DNA of 59,659 nucleotides, taken from Acidobacteriota bacterium (GTDB taxonomy: Bacteria; Acidobacteriota; Aminicenantia; UBA2199). This document shows positions 1 through 9,859 of the stretch, piece by piece. The notes under the pieces are model-generated. The model was not told where the DNA came from. It saw only the letters and a list, made by a program, of their open reading frames with translations, and ran no database searches. The translations under genes and the position numbers were made by a program. The stretch spans positions 1 to 59,659 of the forward strand of contig JAHIKI010000047.1 in the NCBI GenBank assembly GCA_018897435.1, given 5' to 3'. The stretch's first letter is position 1, and the number at the start of each line of letters is the position of its first letter.

Positions 1-1
1 A

Positions 2-1303
2 TGGGACAATCAGGGCAAGATCAAGGTGTTCAACGATGCCTTCGAGGGGCTTACTGGCTACGGGGCGGAGGAAATGGCCGGCCGGTCGCCAGAAGTCCTC
101 ATCCCCGAAGAGAAGCGGACCGAGGCACTGCAAAAGATCGAGGCAACCTTGAAGGGCGACTCCTGGCAAGCGGTAGAAATCCCCATTCGCTGCAAGGATG
201 GGAGGATTGCCATTTGCCTTTGGAATTCCGCCAACATCTATTCACCCGACGACAAGACCTTGCTGGCCACCCTGGCGCAGGGACTGGACATCACCGAGCG
301 CAAGCGGGCAGAAGAAGCATTGCGGCAAACCAAGGAAAAGCTTCTGTCCATTCTCAATAGCATGACTGACTACTGCTATATCGTTTCCAAGGACTATCGA
401 GTGGAGTTCATGAACAAGGCCGGTGTAGAAAAGTTTGGCGATCGGTCGGGCGACGTGTGTTACATGGCTCTCTTCAATAGAGAATCTCCCTGCCCTTGGT
501 GCACGGCGGCGGAAGTGCAAGAAGGAAGAACGGTTAGGTGGGAGCATTCTTCGCCAACGTTGGCAGGCACCTTTGACATAATAGACTCCCCCCTGGCAAA
601 TGCGGACGGAACCATCTCCAAGCTGGCAATTTGGCGGGATATCTCGGAGCGCAAGTGCACTGAGGATGAAATCAAGGCATCACTCAAGGCGAAAGAAGTG
701 CTTCTGAAAGAAGTTCACCATCGGGTCAAGAACAACTTGCAGATCATTTCCAGCCTGCTCAACCTTCAGCTCGGATACATCAAGGATAAAGGGGCCCTTG
801 AGTTGTTCAAAGAAAGCCGGAACCGCATCAAGTCCATGGCTTTTATCCATGAGGAGTTGTACCGATCCAAGCAACTATCCAACGTCAACTTCACTGAGTA
901 CATTCGAAACCTGGCAGCTACTCTGTTCCGTTCGTACGGAGTCGATCCGAATACCGTCGCCCTCAAGATCGAGGCAGATGACGTTCTACTGGGCGTGGAT
1001 GCGGCCATCCCCTGTGGTTTGATTGTCAATGAACTTGTCTCGAATGCCCTGAAACACGCTTTCCCGGAAGGCAGGAAAGGCGAAATCCGCATCGGGTTTC
1101 GCCGGCAGAATGACAACGGATTTGCACTGACTGTTTGTGACAACGGTATTGGCTTCCCGAAGGACGTGGACTTTCGAAATACGGGATCATTGGGCTTGCA
1201 AATTGTGTGCACGTTAACAGATCAGATGCATGGCATTATCGAACTCCGCGGAGTTGGTGGCACGGAGTTCAGGATTATGTTCACCGAGGCAGCGGGGAAA
1301 TAG
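2..1303 (+). CDS. PAS-PAS-HisKA_2/HATPase sensor histidine kinase, 5'-truncated by the window edge
   Basis: Frame is open from base 2 (WDNQGKIKVFNDAFE...). Two PAS/PAC units ending DITERK and DISERK; H-box [11 protein letters not shown]; N-box NELVSNALKHAF; DNGIG; SLGL. Confidence 0.9.
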   Translation, partial: WDNQGKIKVFNDAFEGLTGYGAEEMAGRSPEVLIPEEKRTEALQKIEATLKGDSWQAVEIPIRCKDGRIAICLWNSANIYSPDDKTLLATLAQGLDITERKRAEEALRQTKEKLLSILNSMTDYCYIVSKDYRVEFMNKAGVEKFGDRSGDVCYMALFNRESPCPWCTAAEVQEGRTVRWEHSSPTLAGTFDIIDSPLANADGTISKLAIWRDISERKCTEDEIKASLKAKEVLLKEVHHRVKNNLQIISSLLNLQLGYIKDKGALELFKESRNRIKSMAFIHEELYRSKQLSNVNFTEYIRNLAATLFRSYGVDPNTVALKIEADDVLLGVDAAIPCGLIVNELVSNALKHAFPEGRKGEIRIGFRRQNDNGFALTVCDNGIGFPKDVDFRNTGSLGLQIVCTLTDQMHGIIELRGVGGTEFRIMFTEAAGK

Positions 1304-1383
1304 GTGATGAGAGGCATGGACTGTGTGGCGCATGGGCTGCTATGGCGAGGGATGGTTAGCCGGCAGCCTTCCTGGTAAATGAA

Positions 1384-4300
1384 GTGAAACCGGTCATTCC
1401 AAACTATGAGATTCTTGAGACGCTGGGCGAGAGCCTGCAAGCCGTCGTCTACAAGGCGTTCCACAAGAGGAATCCACAGCGACTGCTGGCTCTCAAAGTC
1501 TTGAAAGTCGCTTCACTCACCGACGAGCAGAAGAGGTACTTCCGTCAGAAGATCGAGCAATTGAAAGTATTACATGATCCGCTTGTGATCACACCCTTGT
1601 CCTTCGAAGCCAAGGGGGACGTCCGGTTCATAACCCAGGACTATTTCAAGGGAGTGTCCCTCGATGCATGGGCCAAGGCACAGAAAAAGGTCAGTCTGAA
1701 GGATTTCTTCCGGATCGCGTGCAAGTTGGCCCAGGGCCTGGACGATGTTCATAAGGCCGGAATCGTTCATGGTGGCGTCAAGCCGCATAATATCCTGATA
1801 GAGCCTGACACCCTCGACATTCGGCTGATCGATTTCATGACTCCCCTCGATGTGAGAGATGTGAGTCATTTCATCTATGACAGGAGCTTTGTCGAAGGGA
1901 CTCTCGCCTACACTTCTCCGGAACAGACCGGGCGTATCAACCATAGAGTCGATTTCTCCACGGACCTGTATTCCGTAGGAATTGTTTTCTACGAATTGCT
2001 CACCGGGCGGCTTCCCTTCTTTTCGACCGACCCGCTGGAACTGATCCATTCCCATCTTGCTGAAGAAGCGCCGGGCATGCACGAGTTGAACCCCGAGATC
2101 CCATCGGTTATGGGCAAGATCGTCAGCCGGCTGACGCTCAAACAGCCTGAGAAGCGATACCAGAGTGGCGTGGGGCTACTGGTGGATCTCACGCGATGCA
2201 GGGACGAATGGCTGTCCACGGGTACGGCCGGGGAGTTTCCGCTGGGGAGCCGGGATCGTCGCCACCGCGTTGTTTTTGTTTCCAAGATGGTGGGGCGAGA
2301 TCGCGAGGCGGGAATCATCCTGAAGGAATATGAGAGAGCGGTCGAAGGTTCTTTCCGTTGCCTGCTGATTTCAGGATTGCCCGGCATCGGCAAGACCCGC
2401 CTGATTCAAGAGCTTCAGAAACCGATCGTGGAACACCGGGGGTACTTCACTTCCGGCAAATTCGATGTTTATCAGAAGAACATTCCATACAGCTCCCTCA
2501 TCCAGGCTCTCAGAAACCTCATGAGGACTTTTCTGACGGAGAGCGATGAGCGGGTCGCCACCTGGAAGAAAAGGATCATGGACGCTGTGGGGGATCACGG
2601 AAAGGTCATAACCGAGGTAATTCCTGAGCTGGCGATCCTGATTGGTCCCCAGCCGGAGGTCAGGCCTCTTCCTCCTGTGGAGTCCCGAAACCGCTTTCAC
2701 GATCTGTTCGGCCGTTTCCTGACGTGTCTGGCCGGCGAGAAGCATCCGTTGACGGTTTTCATCGACGATCTTCAGTGGTGCGACGCGGCCTCCTTTGATT
2801 TTCTGTCCAACGTGTTTGCCAACTACAAGGAACATCCCTACCTCTTCCTCCTGGGGGCCTATCGCCATAACGAGGTAGACTCGAGTCATCCGCTGGCGAA
2901 GCTGATCCGGAGTATCAAGGAAGACGGACAACCTCTGGAGGAGACAAGGCTGGGCCCTCTCGAGCCGAGGTATTGCCACGAGATGGTGTCGTATATTCTC
3001 GATTCGCCGCTTTCTCAAACACAGGATCTGTCGGAGTTCATAGCCCGTCTGACCGAGGGGAACCCGCTGTTTGTGAGCGAGAGTTTGTCCTATCTGCACA
3101 ACGAGGAGTTGCTCTATCTCGATGAGAACCGCTGCTGGCAGTGGGACCTGGACAAGATCCGGCGGACCGATATGCCGTCAACGGTCGTGGGGCTGTTCAG
3201 CTCCAAGGTCCGGAGCCTGCCTCCTGATGCGGTTACGCTGCTCGAATACTGCGCCTGCATGGGGAACCGTTTCGCGCCCGACGAGGTCAGCCTGGTCCGT
3301 GACATCCGTTTGCTGGACTTGTTCGAGACACTGAAACCGGCGCTTGGCGAAGGGCTTCTGATGGAAAGCAAGGACCAGTTGCAGTTCGTTCACGACCGGG
3401 TGCAGGAGGCGGTGCTCAGCGGCATCAAACCGGAAAGGCGGCGCCTCATTCACTGGGAGATCGGCAACCATCTTCTTTCCGTTGTTCCGGAGAACGCGGA
3501 TCTGGAGAAGTTGGATAATCTGTTCGCCATCGCCGCACATCTCAATCTAGGAAGGAAGGAGACCCTAAAACGAAAAACGGCCTACCGGCTATCGGACATC
3601 AACTTCCACGCGGGCAACAAGGCACTGGATTCCCTGGCTGCGGAAGCGGCCAATGAGTATTTCCGCCATAGCCTTGAACTCCTGCCTGAGGACTGTTGGG
3701 ATACGCAGTACGACCGAACGTTCAAGATCTTTCAGGAACTGGCCAAAACCGAGCTGATGTGCGGACGATACGAGCATTCGGAAAAACTGCTGAATCAACT
3801 GCTTGAGCACGCAAAAACCGATCTCGATAAGGCAGAGGCGCTGGCGGAACAAACGACTTCACTTTCGTCCATTGGCAACTTCATCAAGGCGATTGAAACG
3901 GCCAATCGGGGGCTGGCCTTCTTCGGCAAATCAATCCCTGAGGATCCTGAGCTGGCGGAGAAAAAACGTGAAGAACTGATGAATGAGATCAAGGCCAAGC
4001 ATGTTGACGTGTGGAATACCATCCTGAACATGCCTTTTACCGAGGAAAGGAAGAGCAAGATCGAATTGGCCTTCTACAGCGAACTCATACCCGACCTTTA
4101 TATGTCCGGCTTGGTTCCTCAACTCTATCTCTCGGCCGTGCAGTCAACGCAACATTGTCTGGCCGGCGGCATGGACGAGTCGGTCATTTACTCGTTCAGC
4201 ATCATGGGGCTTTACCTGGGGGAACAGGGGGAATTCGAACAAGCCTTTCGGTACGAGGATCTCGCGCGCGATCTCTCGGCGAAGAACCCGAACACCTTTG

Positions 4301-6555
4301 GCGCCACCCGCGGCATGAACGGGATTGTCTGGTGCAACATGCACTCTAGAAGCCATCCCGAAGAGATCGCGAATTACTGTCTCAAGGCGATACAGTGCGG
4401 GAAGAACTGTGGCGACCTGTACAATGCCGGTCTTTCCTACGGTCCCCTGATGTGGAACCTGCAAGTGCGGGGGGCCGATCTCTCGGCCATCGAGGAGTAT
4501 GCCGAAGAATGCTTCGAGTTCTCGAAGAAATACCGCCTGTTGTTTTCCGCGGGCCTAGCCGAGGTGATGAAGGCCGGATGGATAGCGCCGATGAAAAAGG
4601 GCTACACGCCTGCTCCCATGGAGGACAAACTCCGACAATGGGAAAAGGAGAACCACATAGCCTTGGCGGGAAGTTTCTACGTCCACATGGCCGTGAGCCA
4701 CCACTATTTCGGAGAATATGAAAAGGCGGACGAATATCTGCGGGGCGTCAATCGCTATCTCACCGGCCTGACCGACAATGTCCTGAAACGTCAGTGGTAC
4801 GTGTTCCGGGTACTAAACGCCCTGCGGCTGTATGAAATGGGCGCCTACCCCGGAGACCAGAATCAACTGCTGGCAGAAATCCAACCGCTGATCAAGAAGG
4901 TGGAAACATGGGCGCGGTTGGGGCCCCTGCTGAAGCCCTACCTCCTCTTCCTCTACGCGGATATGGAAAGGGTGCTGGGTTGCTCCAGAGAAGCCCGGAA
5001 CCTGTTCCTGGACGCCGTGGAATTGGCGCATCAGTACGGGTACACGCTTCTGGAGGGCCACCTGCACGAATGCCTGGGTGAGATGATTGCGACGGAGCCT
5101 GCCATTGGTGAAGCGTGTCCCGAATACGAGACATGCAACAGGAAGAAACGATCCTGCGATAGATGGTGGTTTTGTACGAAGATCAGTGCCGCGATAGCGA
5201 GGGGGTCGTCCCGCTATGACAGCGTCGCCGGGGTCTTCGTTCGGGAGGCGGCGCGTTTATACAGGGAATGTCATGCCGAACGAAAAGAAATGGCCTTAAT
5301 GGAGAACTATCCGGAGTGTTTCGAGGAAGAAGTCCCGGCTGCCATGCCGGTTGAAGCGGTGCCTGCTGCCACCTACACCCTTCCCTCTTTGGATGTTGAC
5401 TACCTCATGAAATCGTCCCTTGCCATTTCGGCGGAAGTCAACCCGGACGCCCTGCTGAACAAGATCATGAATGTGGTTCTGGAGGCTTCGGGGGCGCAGA
5501 ACGGCTACCTGCTGATGGACGAGGACGGGCAATTGTTTGTCTGCGCTGAAAGCCACATCACGGATCGGAACGTGGTCCGGACCGGCAAACACGAGATCAA
5601 CGACGTGCCGGGTGTTCCTAAGGCCATCGTTCGTTATGTCCATCGGACCAGGATGAGGGTGATCCTGAACAACGCTTCGGGAGAGGGGGAATTCAAGGAC
5701 AATCCCGAGGTCCGGGATATGGCCCTCAAGTCCGTCCTTTGCCTTCCGTTGATCAAGCAGTCCAGACTGATTGGGATTCTCTACCTCGAGAACCATTTGT
5801 CCGATGCTGTTTTCACGCCGGAAAAGACGGAGATGACCGAACTTCTGACCTCACAAGCGGCCATCTCTCTGGAGAACGCCCGCCTGCTCGACGAAATGAA
5901 GCAGGCGGAGAACCAGATCAAAGCCTCACTGAACGAGAAGGAGTTGCTGCTTAAGGAGATTCACCATCGGGTCAAAAACAACCTGCAGGTCATTTCCAGT
6001 CTGCTCAACCTTCAGCTCGCGCAGGTCAAAGACAAACAGGCGAAAGAGATGTTCAGAGAGGGCCGGGATCGCATTAGGTCCATGGCGTTCATTCATGAGG
6101 GGCTGTATCGATCCGAACGCCTGTCGGACGTTGATTTCGCCGGATATGTTCGCAGCCTGACTGGGAGTCTGTTCCGTTCATACGGAATCAGTTCGAATGC
6201 CGTTTCCCTGAAGATAAATGCAGGCAAGTCCGTGCTGGGCATTGATACGGCCGTTCCCTGTGGGTTGATAATCAATGAGCTTGTTTCCAATTCCCTGAAA
6301 CACGCGTTTCCAAAAGGCCGAAAAGGCGAGATATTCATCGATCTTCATTGGCAGGGTGGCAACCGGTTTGTGCTGGTGGTCGGCGACAATGGCGTCGGTT
6401 TTCCGGAGGATGTGGACTTCCGAAATACGGAATCGTTGGGCCTGCAATTGGTATGCACGTTGACAAATCAGATGGATGGCACGATCGAGCTTGATCGCAG
6501 GGGTGGAACGAAACTCACAATCGCGTTCACGGACATCAACGGAATGAAACCGTAA
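1384..6555 (+). CDS. Ser/Thr kinase-like domain + STAND/AAA_16 ATPase + TPR-like region + GAF + HisKA_2 histidine kinase
   Basis: Kinase subdomains [26 protein letters not shown]; Walker A GLPGIGKT; Walker B FIDDLQW; GAF GILYLEN...[11 protein letters not shown]; H-box [11 protein letters not shown]. Confidence 0.9.
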   Translation: MKPVIPNYEILETLGESLQAVVYKAFHKRNPQRLLALKVLKVASLTDEQKRYFRQKIEQLKVLHDPLVITPLSFEAKGDVRFITQDYFKGVSLDAWAKAQKKVSLKDFFRIACKLAQGLDDVHKAGIVHGGVKPHNILIEPDTLDIRLIDFMTPLDVRDVSHFIYDRSFVEGTLAYTSPEQTGRINHRVDFSTDLYSVGIVFYELLTGRLPFFSTDPLELIHSHLAEEAPGMHELNPEIPSVMGKIVSRLTLKQPEKRYQSGVGLLVDLTRCRDEWLSTGTAGEFPLGSRDRRHRVVFVSKMVGRDREAGIILKEYERAVEGSFRCLLISGLPGIGKTRLIQELQKPIVEHRGYFTSGKFDVYQKNIPYSSLIQALRNLMRTFLTESDERVATWKKRIMDAVGDHGKVITEVIPELAILIGPQPEVRPLPPVESRNRFHDLFGRFLTCLAGEKHPLTVFIDDLQWCDAASFDFLSNVFANYKEHPYLFLLGAYRHNEVDSSHPLAKLIRSIKEDGQPLEETRLGPLEPRYCHEMVSYILDSPLSQTQDLSEFIARLTEGNPLFVSESLSYLHNEELLYLDENRCWQWDLDKIRRTDMPSTVVGLFSSKVRSLPPDAVTLLEYCACMGNRFAPDEVSLVRDIRLLDLFETLKPALGEGLLMESKDQLQFVHDRVQEAVLSGIKPERRRLIHWEIGNHLLSVVPENADLEKLDNLFAIAAHLNLGRKETLKRKTAYRLSDINFHAGNKALDSLAAEAANEYFRHSLELLPEDCWDTQYDRTFKIFQELAKTELMCGRYEHSEKLLNQLLEHAKTDLDKAEALAEQTTSLSSIGNFIKAIETANRGLAFFGKSIPEDPELAEKKREELMNEIKAKHVDVWNTILNMPFTEERKSKIELAFYSELIPDLYMSGLVPQLYLSAVQSTQHCLAGGMDESVIYSFSIMGLYLGEQGEFEQAFRYEDLARDLSAKNPNTFGATRGMNGIVWCNMHSRSHPEEIANYCLKAIQCGKNCGDLYNAGLSYGPLMWNLQVRGADLSAIEEYAEECFEFSKKYRLLFSAGLAEVMKAGWIAPMKKGYTPAPMEDKLRQWEKENHIALAGSFYVHMAVSHHYFGEYEKADEYLRGVNRYLTGLTDNVLKRQWYVFRVLNALRLYEMGAYPGDQNQLLAEIQPLIKKVETWARLGPLLKPYLLFLYADMERVLGCSREARNLFLDAVELAHQYGYTLLEGHLHECLGEMIATEPAIGEACPEYETCNRKKRSCDRWWFCTKISAAIARGSSRYDSVAGVFVREAARLYRECHAERKEMALMENYPECFEEEVPAAMPVEAVPAATYTLPSLDVDYLMKSSLAISAEVNPDALLNKIMNVVLEASGAQNGYLLMDEDGQLFVCAESHITDRNVVRTGKHEINDVPGVPKAIVRYVHRTRMRVILNNASGEGEFKDNPEVRDMALKSVLCLPLIKQSRLIGILYLENHLSDAVFTPEKTEMTELLTSQAAISLENARLLDEMKQAENQIKASLNEKELLLKEIHHRVKNNLQVISSLLNLQLAQVKDKQAKEMFREGRDRIRSMAFIHEGLYRSERLSDVDFAGYVRSLTGSLFRSYGISSNAVSLKINAGKSVLGIDTAVPCGLIINELVSNSLKHAFPKGRKGEIFIDLHWQGGNRFVLVVGDNGVGFPEDVDFRNTESLGLQLVCTLTNQMDGTIELDRRGGTKLTIAFTDINGMKP

Positions 6556-6572
6556 GCGAAAGGAGAAAAAGG

Positions 6573-8525
6573 ATGGCGAAGACACGGATTCTGGTCGTTG
6601 AGGATGAAGGCATAATAGCCAAGGACATACAGAACATACTGGAAAGCCTGGGATATGCGGTCACTGCTGTTGTTTCCTCCGGCGAGGACGCGATCGAGAG
6701 GACCGAGGAGACACGCCCGGATCTGGTGTTGATGGATATTGTCCTCAAGGGGACCAACGGTATTGAGGCGGCTGATCAGATCCGCAATCGTCTCGGTATC
6801 CCGGTCGTCTACCTTACCGCCTATGCTGATGATGAGACATTGCAGCGCGCGAAGATAACGGAGCCCTATGGCTACATACTCAAACCTTTCGAAGAACGGG
6901 ACTTCCGCGCAATCATCGAGACCGCCCTCTACAAGCATAGGATGGAGAAGAAGCTAAGGGAGAGCGAGCAATGGCTTTCGGTCACACTCAAAAGCATAGG
7001 GGACGCGGTAATAGCCACGGATGTGAACGGGCTTGTAACCTTCATGAATCCTGTTGCCGAGGCCCTGACCGGCTGGCAACGGGACGATGCTGCGGGAAAG
7101 CCTCTGAAAGATGTCTTTCATATCGTGAATGAGGAAACCGGCATGGCGGTCGAAGATCCTGCGAAAAAAGCGCGTACCGAAGAGGTTGTTGTCGGATTGG
7201 CCAATCACACCGTGTTGATAGCCAAAGACGGAACGAGACGACCTCTCGATGATTGTGCGGCTCCCATCAAGGACGAGCAAGGGCATATGATCGGCGCCGT
7301 CTTGATCTTCAGGGACATCACGAAGCAGAGGAATGCCGTGAAAGAGAAGGAGCGACTGGAGGCTCAACTGCGCCAGGCACAGAAGATGGAAGCCGTAGGC
7401 CGCCTGGCCGGTGGCATTGCGCACGATTTCAACAACCTGCTCACGGTTATCCAAGGGTATGCGGACCTCGCCCTGGCAAAGGTGGATAAGAACCAGCTCC
7501 TGCATGCAGACCTTGATGAGATTCGAAAGGTCTGTGTGCGGGCGAGCGGTTTGACCCGGCAACTGCTCCTGTTCAGCCGCTTGCGGCCAACCAAATCGGT
7601 TCCCCTTGATGTCAACGAGGCGATCAACGGCCTGGTCAATATGCTGACGCGTTTGCTCACCGAGAACGTCACACTGACCCGCCGCATGGCGGAGGGGCTC
7701 TGGATGGTCGAGGGGGATCCGGGCTCCCTTGAACAGGTGATCCTTAACTTGGTGGTCAATGCCCGCGATGCCATGCCCCAAGGAGGAGAGATTGTCGTTA
7801 CGACGGAGAATGTCCATGTGGATGAGAAGCTCTGGGAGGTGTGTGCCCAAGCGCGACCAGGGGATTTCGTGCGTGTGTCGGTCCGCGACTCGGGAGTGGG
7901 CATGGATCAGGACACGATGATGCACCTTGCCGAGCCTTTCTTTACGACAAAGAAACCAGGGGAGGGGACCGGGATGGGGTTGGCTGTGGTGTACGGTATC
8001 ATCAAACAGCACGGAGGATGGATGCATGTGGAGAGCAAGCCGCACGAGGGGTCTCTCTTCAGCGCCTATCTGCCTGCAACCGCCCGGGCGGCCGAAAAGG
8101 AGCGCGACAAACAGGTCCCCGCGGAAGGCCTACGGGGCAAAGGGGAGCGGATACTCTTCATCGAGGACAATGATGCTGTGAGGAAGTTCGGTACAAGGGG
8201 GCTCTCGGAGCATGGGTATACTGTGTTTGCCGCAGCCAATGCGCAGGAGGCCGAGGTCATCTTTGAGAAAGAGGGAGGGAACTTCGATCTCATTTTCAGT
8301 GATGTCGTCCTGCCGGACGAGAGTGGCCCCATGGTCGTAGAGCGGCTTCTCAAGCGCAAGCCCGGCATCACGGCGGTGTTTGCCACCGGCTACAGCAAAG
8401 GCCGGACGGATTGGAGCATTATCGAAAAAGGCGCTTATTCGTACCTGCTGAAACCCTATTCGTTATCCGACATGTTGGCACTCCTGCACAATGCTTTGAA
8501 AGCGACAGAGAGAAAGAAGGCATGA
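6573..8525 (+). CDS. Hybrid REC-PAS-HisKA-HATPase-REC sensor kinase/response regulator
   Basis: N-terminal REC (LVVEDE, DLVLMDI, LKPF); PAS; H-box [12 protein letters not shown]; NARDA; EPFFTTK..GTGMGL; C-terminal REC (FIEDN, DLIFSDV, KPY); SD AGGAG upstream. Confidence 0.92.
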   Translation: MAKTRILVVEDEGIIAKDIQNILESLGYAVTAVVSSGEDAIERTEETRPDLVLMDIVLKGTNGIEAADQIRNRLGIPVVYLTAYADDETLQRAKITEPYGYILKPFEERDFRAIIETALYKHRMEKKLRESEQWLSVTLKSIGDAVIATDVNGLVTFMNPVAEALTGWQRDDAAGKPLKDVFHIVNEETGMAVEDPAKKARTEEVVVGLANHTVLIAKDGTRRPLDDCAAPIKDEQGHMIGAVLIFRDITKQRNAVKEKERLEAQLRQAQKMEAVGRLAGGIAHDFNNLLTVIQGYADLALAKVDKNQLLHADLDEIRKVCVRASGLTRQLLLFSRLRPTKSVPLDVNEAINGLVNMLTRLLTENVTLTRRMAEGLWMVEGDPGSLEQVILNLVVNARDAMPQGGEIVVTTENVHVDEKLWEVCAQARPGDFVRVSVRDSGVGMDQDTMMHLAEPFFTTKKPGEGTGMGLAVVYGIIKQHGGWMHVESKPHEGSLFSAYLPATARAAEKERDKQVPAEGLRGKGERILFIEDNDAVRKFGTRGLSEHGYTVFAAANAQEAEVIFEKEGGNFDLIFSDVVLPDESGPMVVERLLKRKPGITAVFATGYSKGRTDWSIIEKGAYSYLLKPYSLSDMLALLHNALKATERKKA

Positions 8526-8544
8526 CCCAGGCGATGCACTCGCA

Positions 8545-8725
8545 CTAGCCCGCATTTCTCACAAATATTTGCTGCAATTGCGGATATGGACATGTCTACG
8601 GCGTCAGGCTCGGTCGGATACCTCCATCGTACCAACAGTACGTCTCCGGTCTCCTCGGTCGCCTTCCTTGTATCCATACCCATCTGCGCAATTTCGCGAC
8701 AATATCTGTGAGAAATGCGGGCTAG
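8545..8725. mobile_element. MITE-like non-autonomous element: 173-bp core (8549-8721) flanked by CTAG on both sides
   Basis: 8544-8569 ACTAGCCCGCATTTCTCACAAATATT and 8701-8726 AATATCTGTGAGAAATGCGGGCTAGT are 25/26 inverted complements. Weaker pairing continues inward. No credible ORF inside. Confidence 0.65.
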
Positions 8726-8943
8726 TCCAATCACGGCAACGTTCTCGCTCTCAGGTGGCAGCGCCATCTCGTTGCCATGCAGTATGACTGGGTTGTCCGC
8801 AACAAGTTCGCCATTCGGGTCACCTATGAAGTGACCGTTGAAGAACTCCCACTGCCAGCTTTGCCGGGGCTGTAAATAGGAGAGGTTTCGCGCTGGCTGC
8901 GTTTGGCCCGGGGATCTTTGCGGAAAAAACTAAAAAACAGTCT

Positions 8944-9615
8944 TTACTGGGCGGCCTGGCTTTCGCCTTCTATGGTGGTTAGAAGGGTTTGTGCTTCCAT
9001 GGCGCTGGGTGTGTTGGGATACTCGGATAGGATCCGTTTCAGCCCCGCGGCCGCCTCTTCCTGCCGTTGGTTCCTGATCTGCATTTTGGCCAGCTGTATG
9101 AGGATGAGCTCCTTGGCCATGGCGGTCTTTTTATCGGCCAACATGCGCTTGAGCAGGCTTTCCGCTTCTTGGGTTTTCCCGCCGGCTGTCAGTATGGTGG
9201 CGCTGAGGATTTGCTTTTCATCGTTGAGCATGGCGATGCGGCTGGCAGGGAATTCTTTCAGAACAGCTTCGGCTTTTTTTAGGTCGCCTTTTTCATAATA
9301 AAGGACGGCGATGAACAACCTTCCCGCAGCCGAGATCCCTTTTTTGAATTTCATTTCCTGGAGCTTGGTGATTTTTTGGTCCGCGCTCATTTTCGTGTCG
9401 TTGCGGACACGGAACGCTTCGCTATAAACTTTGTTTTCAGCCGTGGAACTCAGGTTCTTGAAAAAAAACACGGCCAGCAGAATGAGGATGGCCAAAGCGG
9501 CGATGCCCGCGGCCGCGAGGATGCGCCGGCGGTTATTAAAAAAAAAGGTTATGGTTTTCTCAAAAAAATGGATAAACGGATCGGCCTTCAAGTGTTCCTT
9601 TTCCTTTTTTTTCAT
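8944..9615 (-). CDS. Membrane-anchored tetratricopeptide-repeat protein (YfgM-like)
   Basis: N-terminus MKKKEKEHLKADPF, one TM helix, TPR-like helices ending YPNTPSAMEA; SD GAGG. Confidence 0.75.
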   Translation of the reverse strand: MKKKEKEHLKADPFIHFFEKTITFFFNNRRRILAAAGIAALAILILLAVFFFKNLSSTAENKVYSEAFRVRNDTKMSADQKITKLQEMKFKKGISAAGRLFIAVLYYEKGDLKKAEAVLKEFPASRIAMLNDEKQILSATILTAGGKTQEAESLLKRMLADKKTAMAKELILIQLAKMQIRNQRQEEAAAGLKRILSEYPNTPSAMEAQTLLTTIEGESQAAQ

Positions 9616-9629
9616 TTTTACCTCAATTT

Positions 9630-9702
9630 TGCGCCTGAGATGACTCGAACATCCAACCCTGGGATTAGGAATCCCATGCTCTATCCTTTGAGCTACAGGC
9701 GC
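9630..9702 (-). tRNA. tRNA-Arg, anticodon CCU; CCA not encoded
   Basis: Minus strand GCGCCTGTAGCTCAAAGGATAGAGCATGGGATTCCTAATCCCAGGGTTGGATGTTCGAGTCATCTCAGGCGCA: acceptor GCGCCTG/CAGGCGC, anticodon arm TGGGA-TTCCTAA-TCCCA, T-loop TTCGAGT. Confidence 0.95.
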
Positions 9703-9711
9703 AAGAATACA

Positions 9712-9769
9712 GCAATATCACTTTTCGCCGCCCGTGTCAATTGACCTTTGGGGGCAATCATGCTAAATT
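9712..9769. promoter_or_regulatory. Back-to-back divergent sigma70 promoters for the tRNA and the NtrY-like kinase
   Basis: Plus strand: TTGACC(9741-46)-17 bp-TAAATT(9764-69) with TG extension. Minus strand: TTGACA(9740-35)-17 bp-TATTGC. The two -35 boxes abut as GTCAATTGAC. Confidence 0.55.
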
Positions 9770-9859
9770 GAGAAGGCATATGCGCCGCTGCCAAACCGCG
9801 ATAGGGCTGCCAGTCGGTTTTTCGGCTATTGCGGGCAGCGGCGGCAGAGGAATTGGAGA

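Noticed and set aside
9630-9702. tRNA as integration site for the 1-8.9 kb block
   Set aside because: A core-looking gene lies between them; no duplicated tRNA 3' end or integrase seen in the window.
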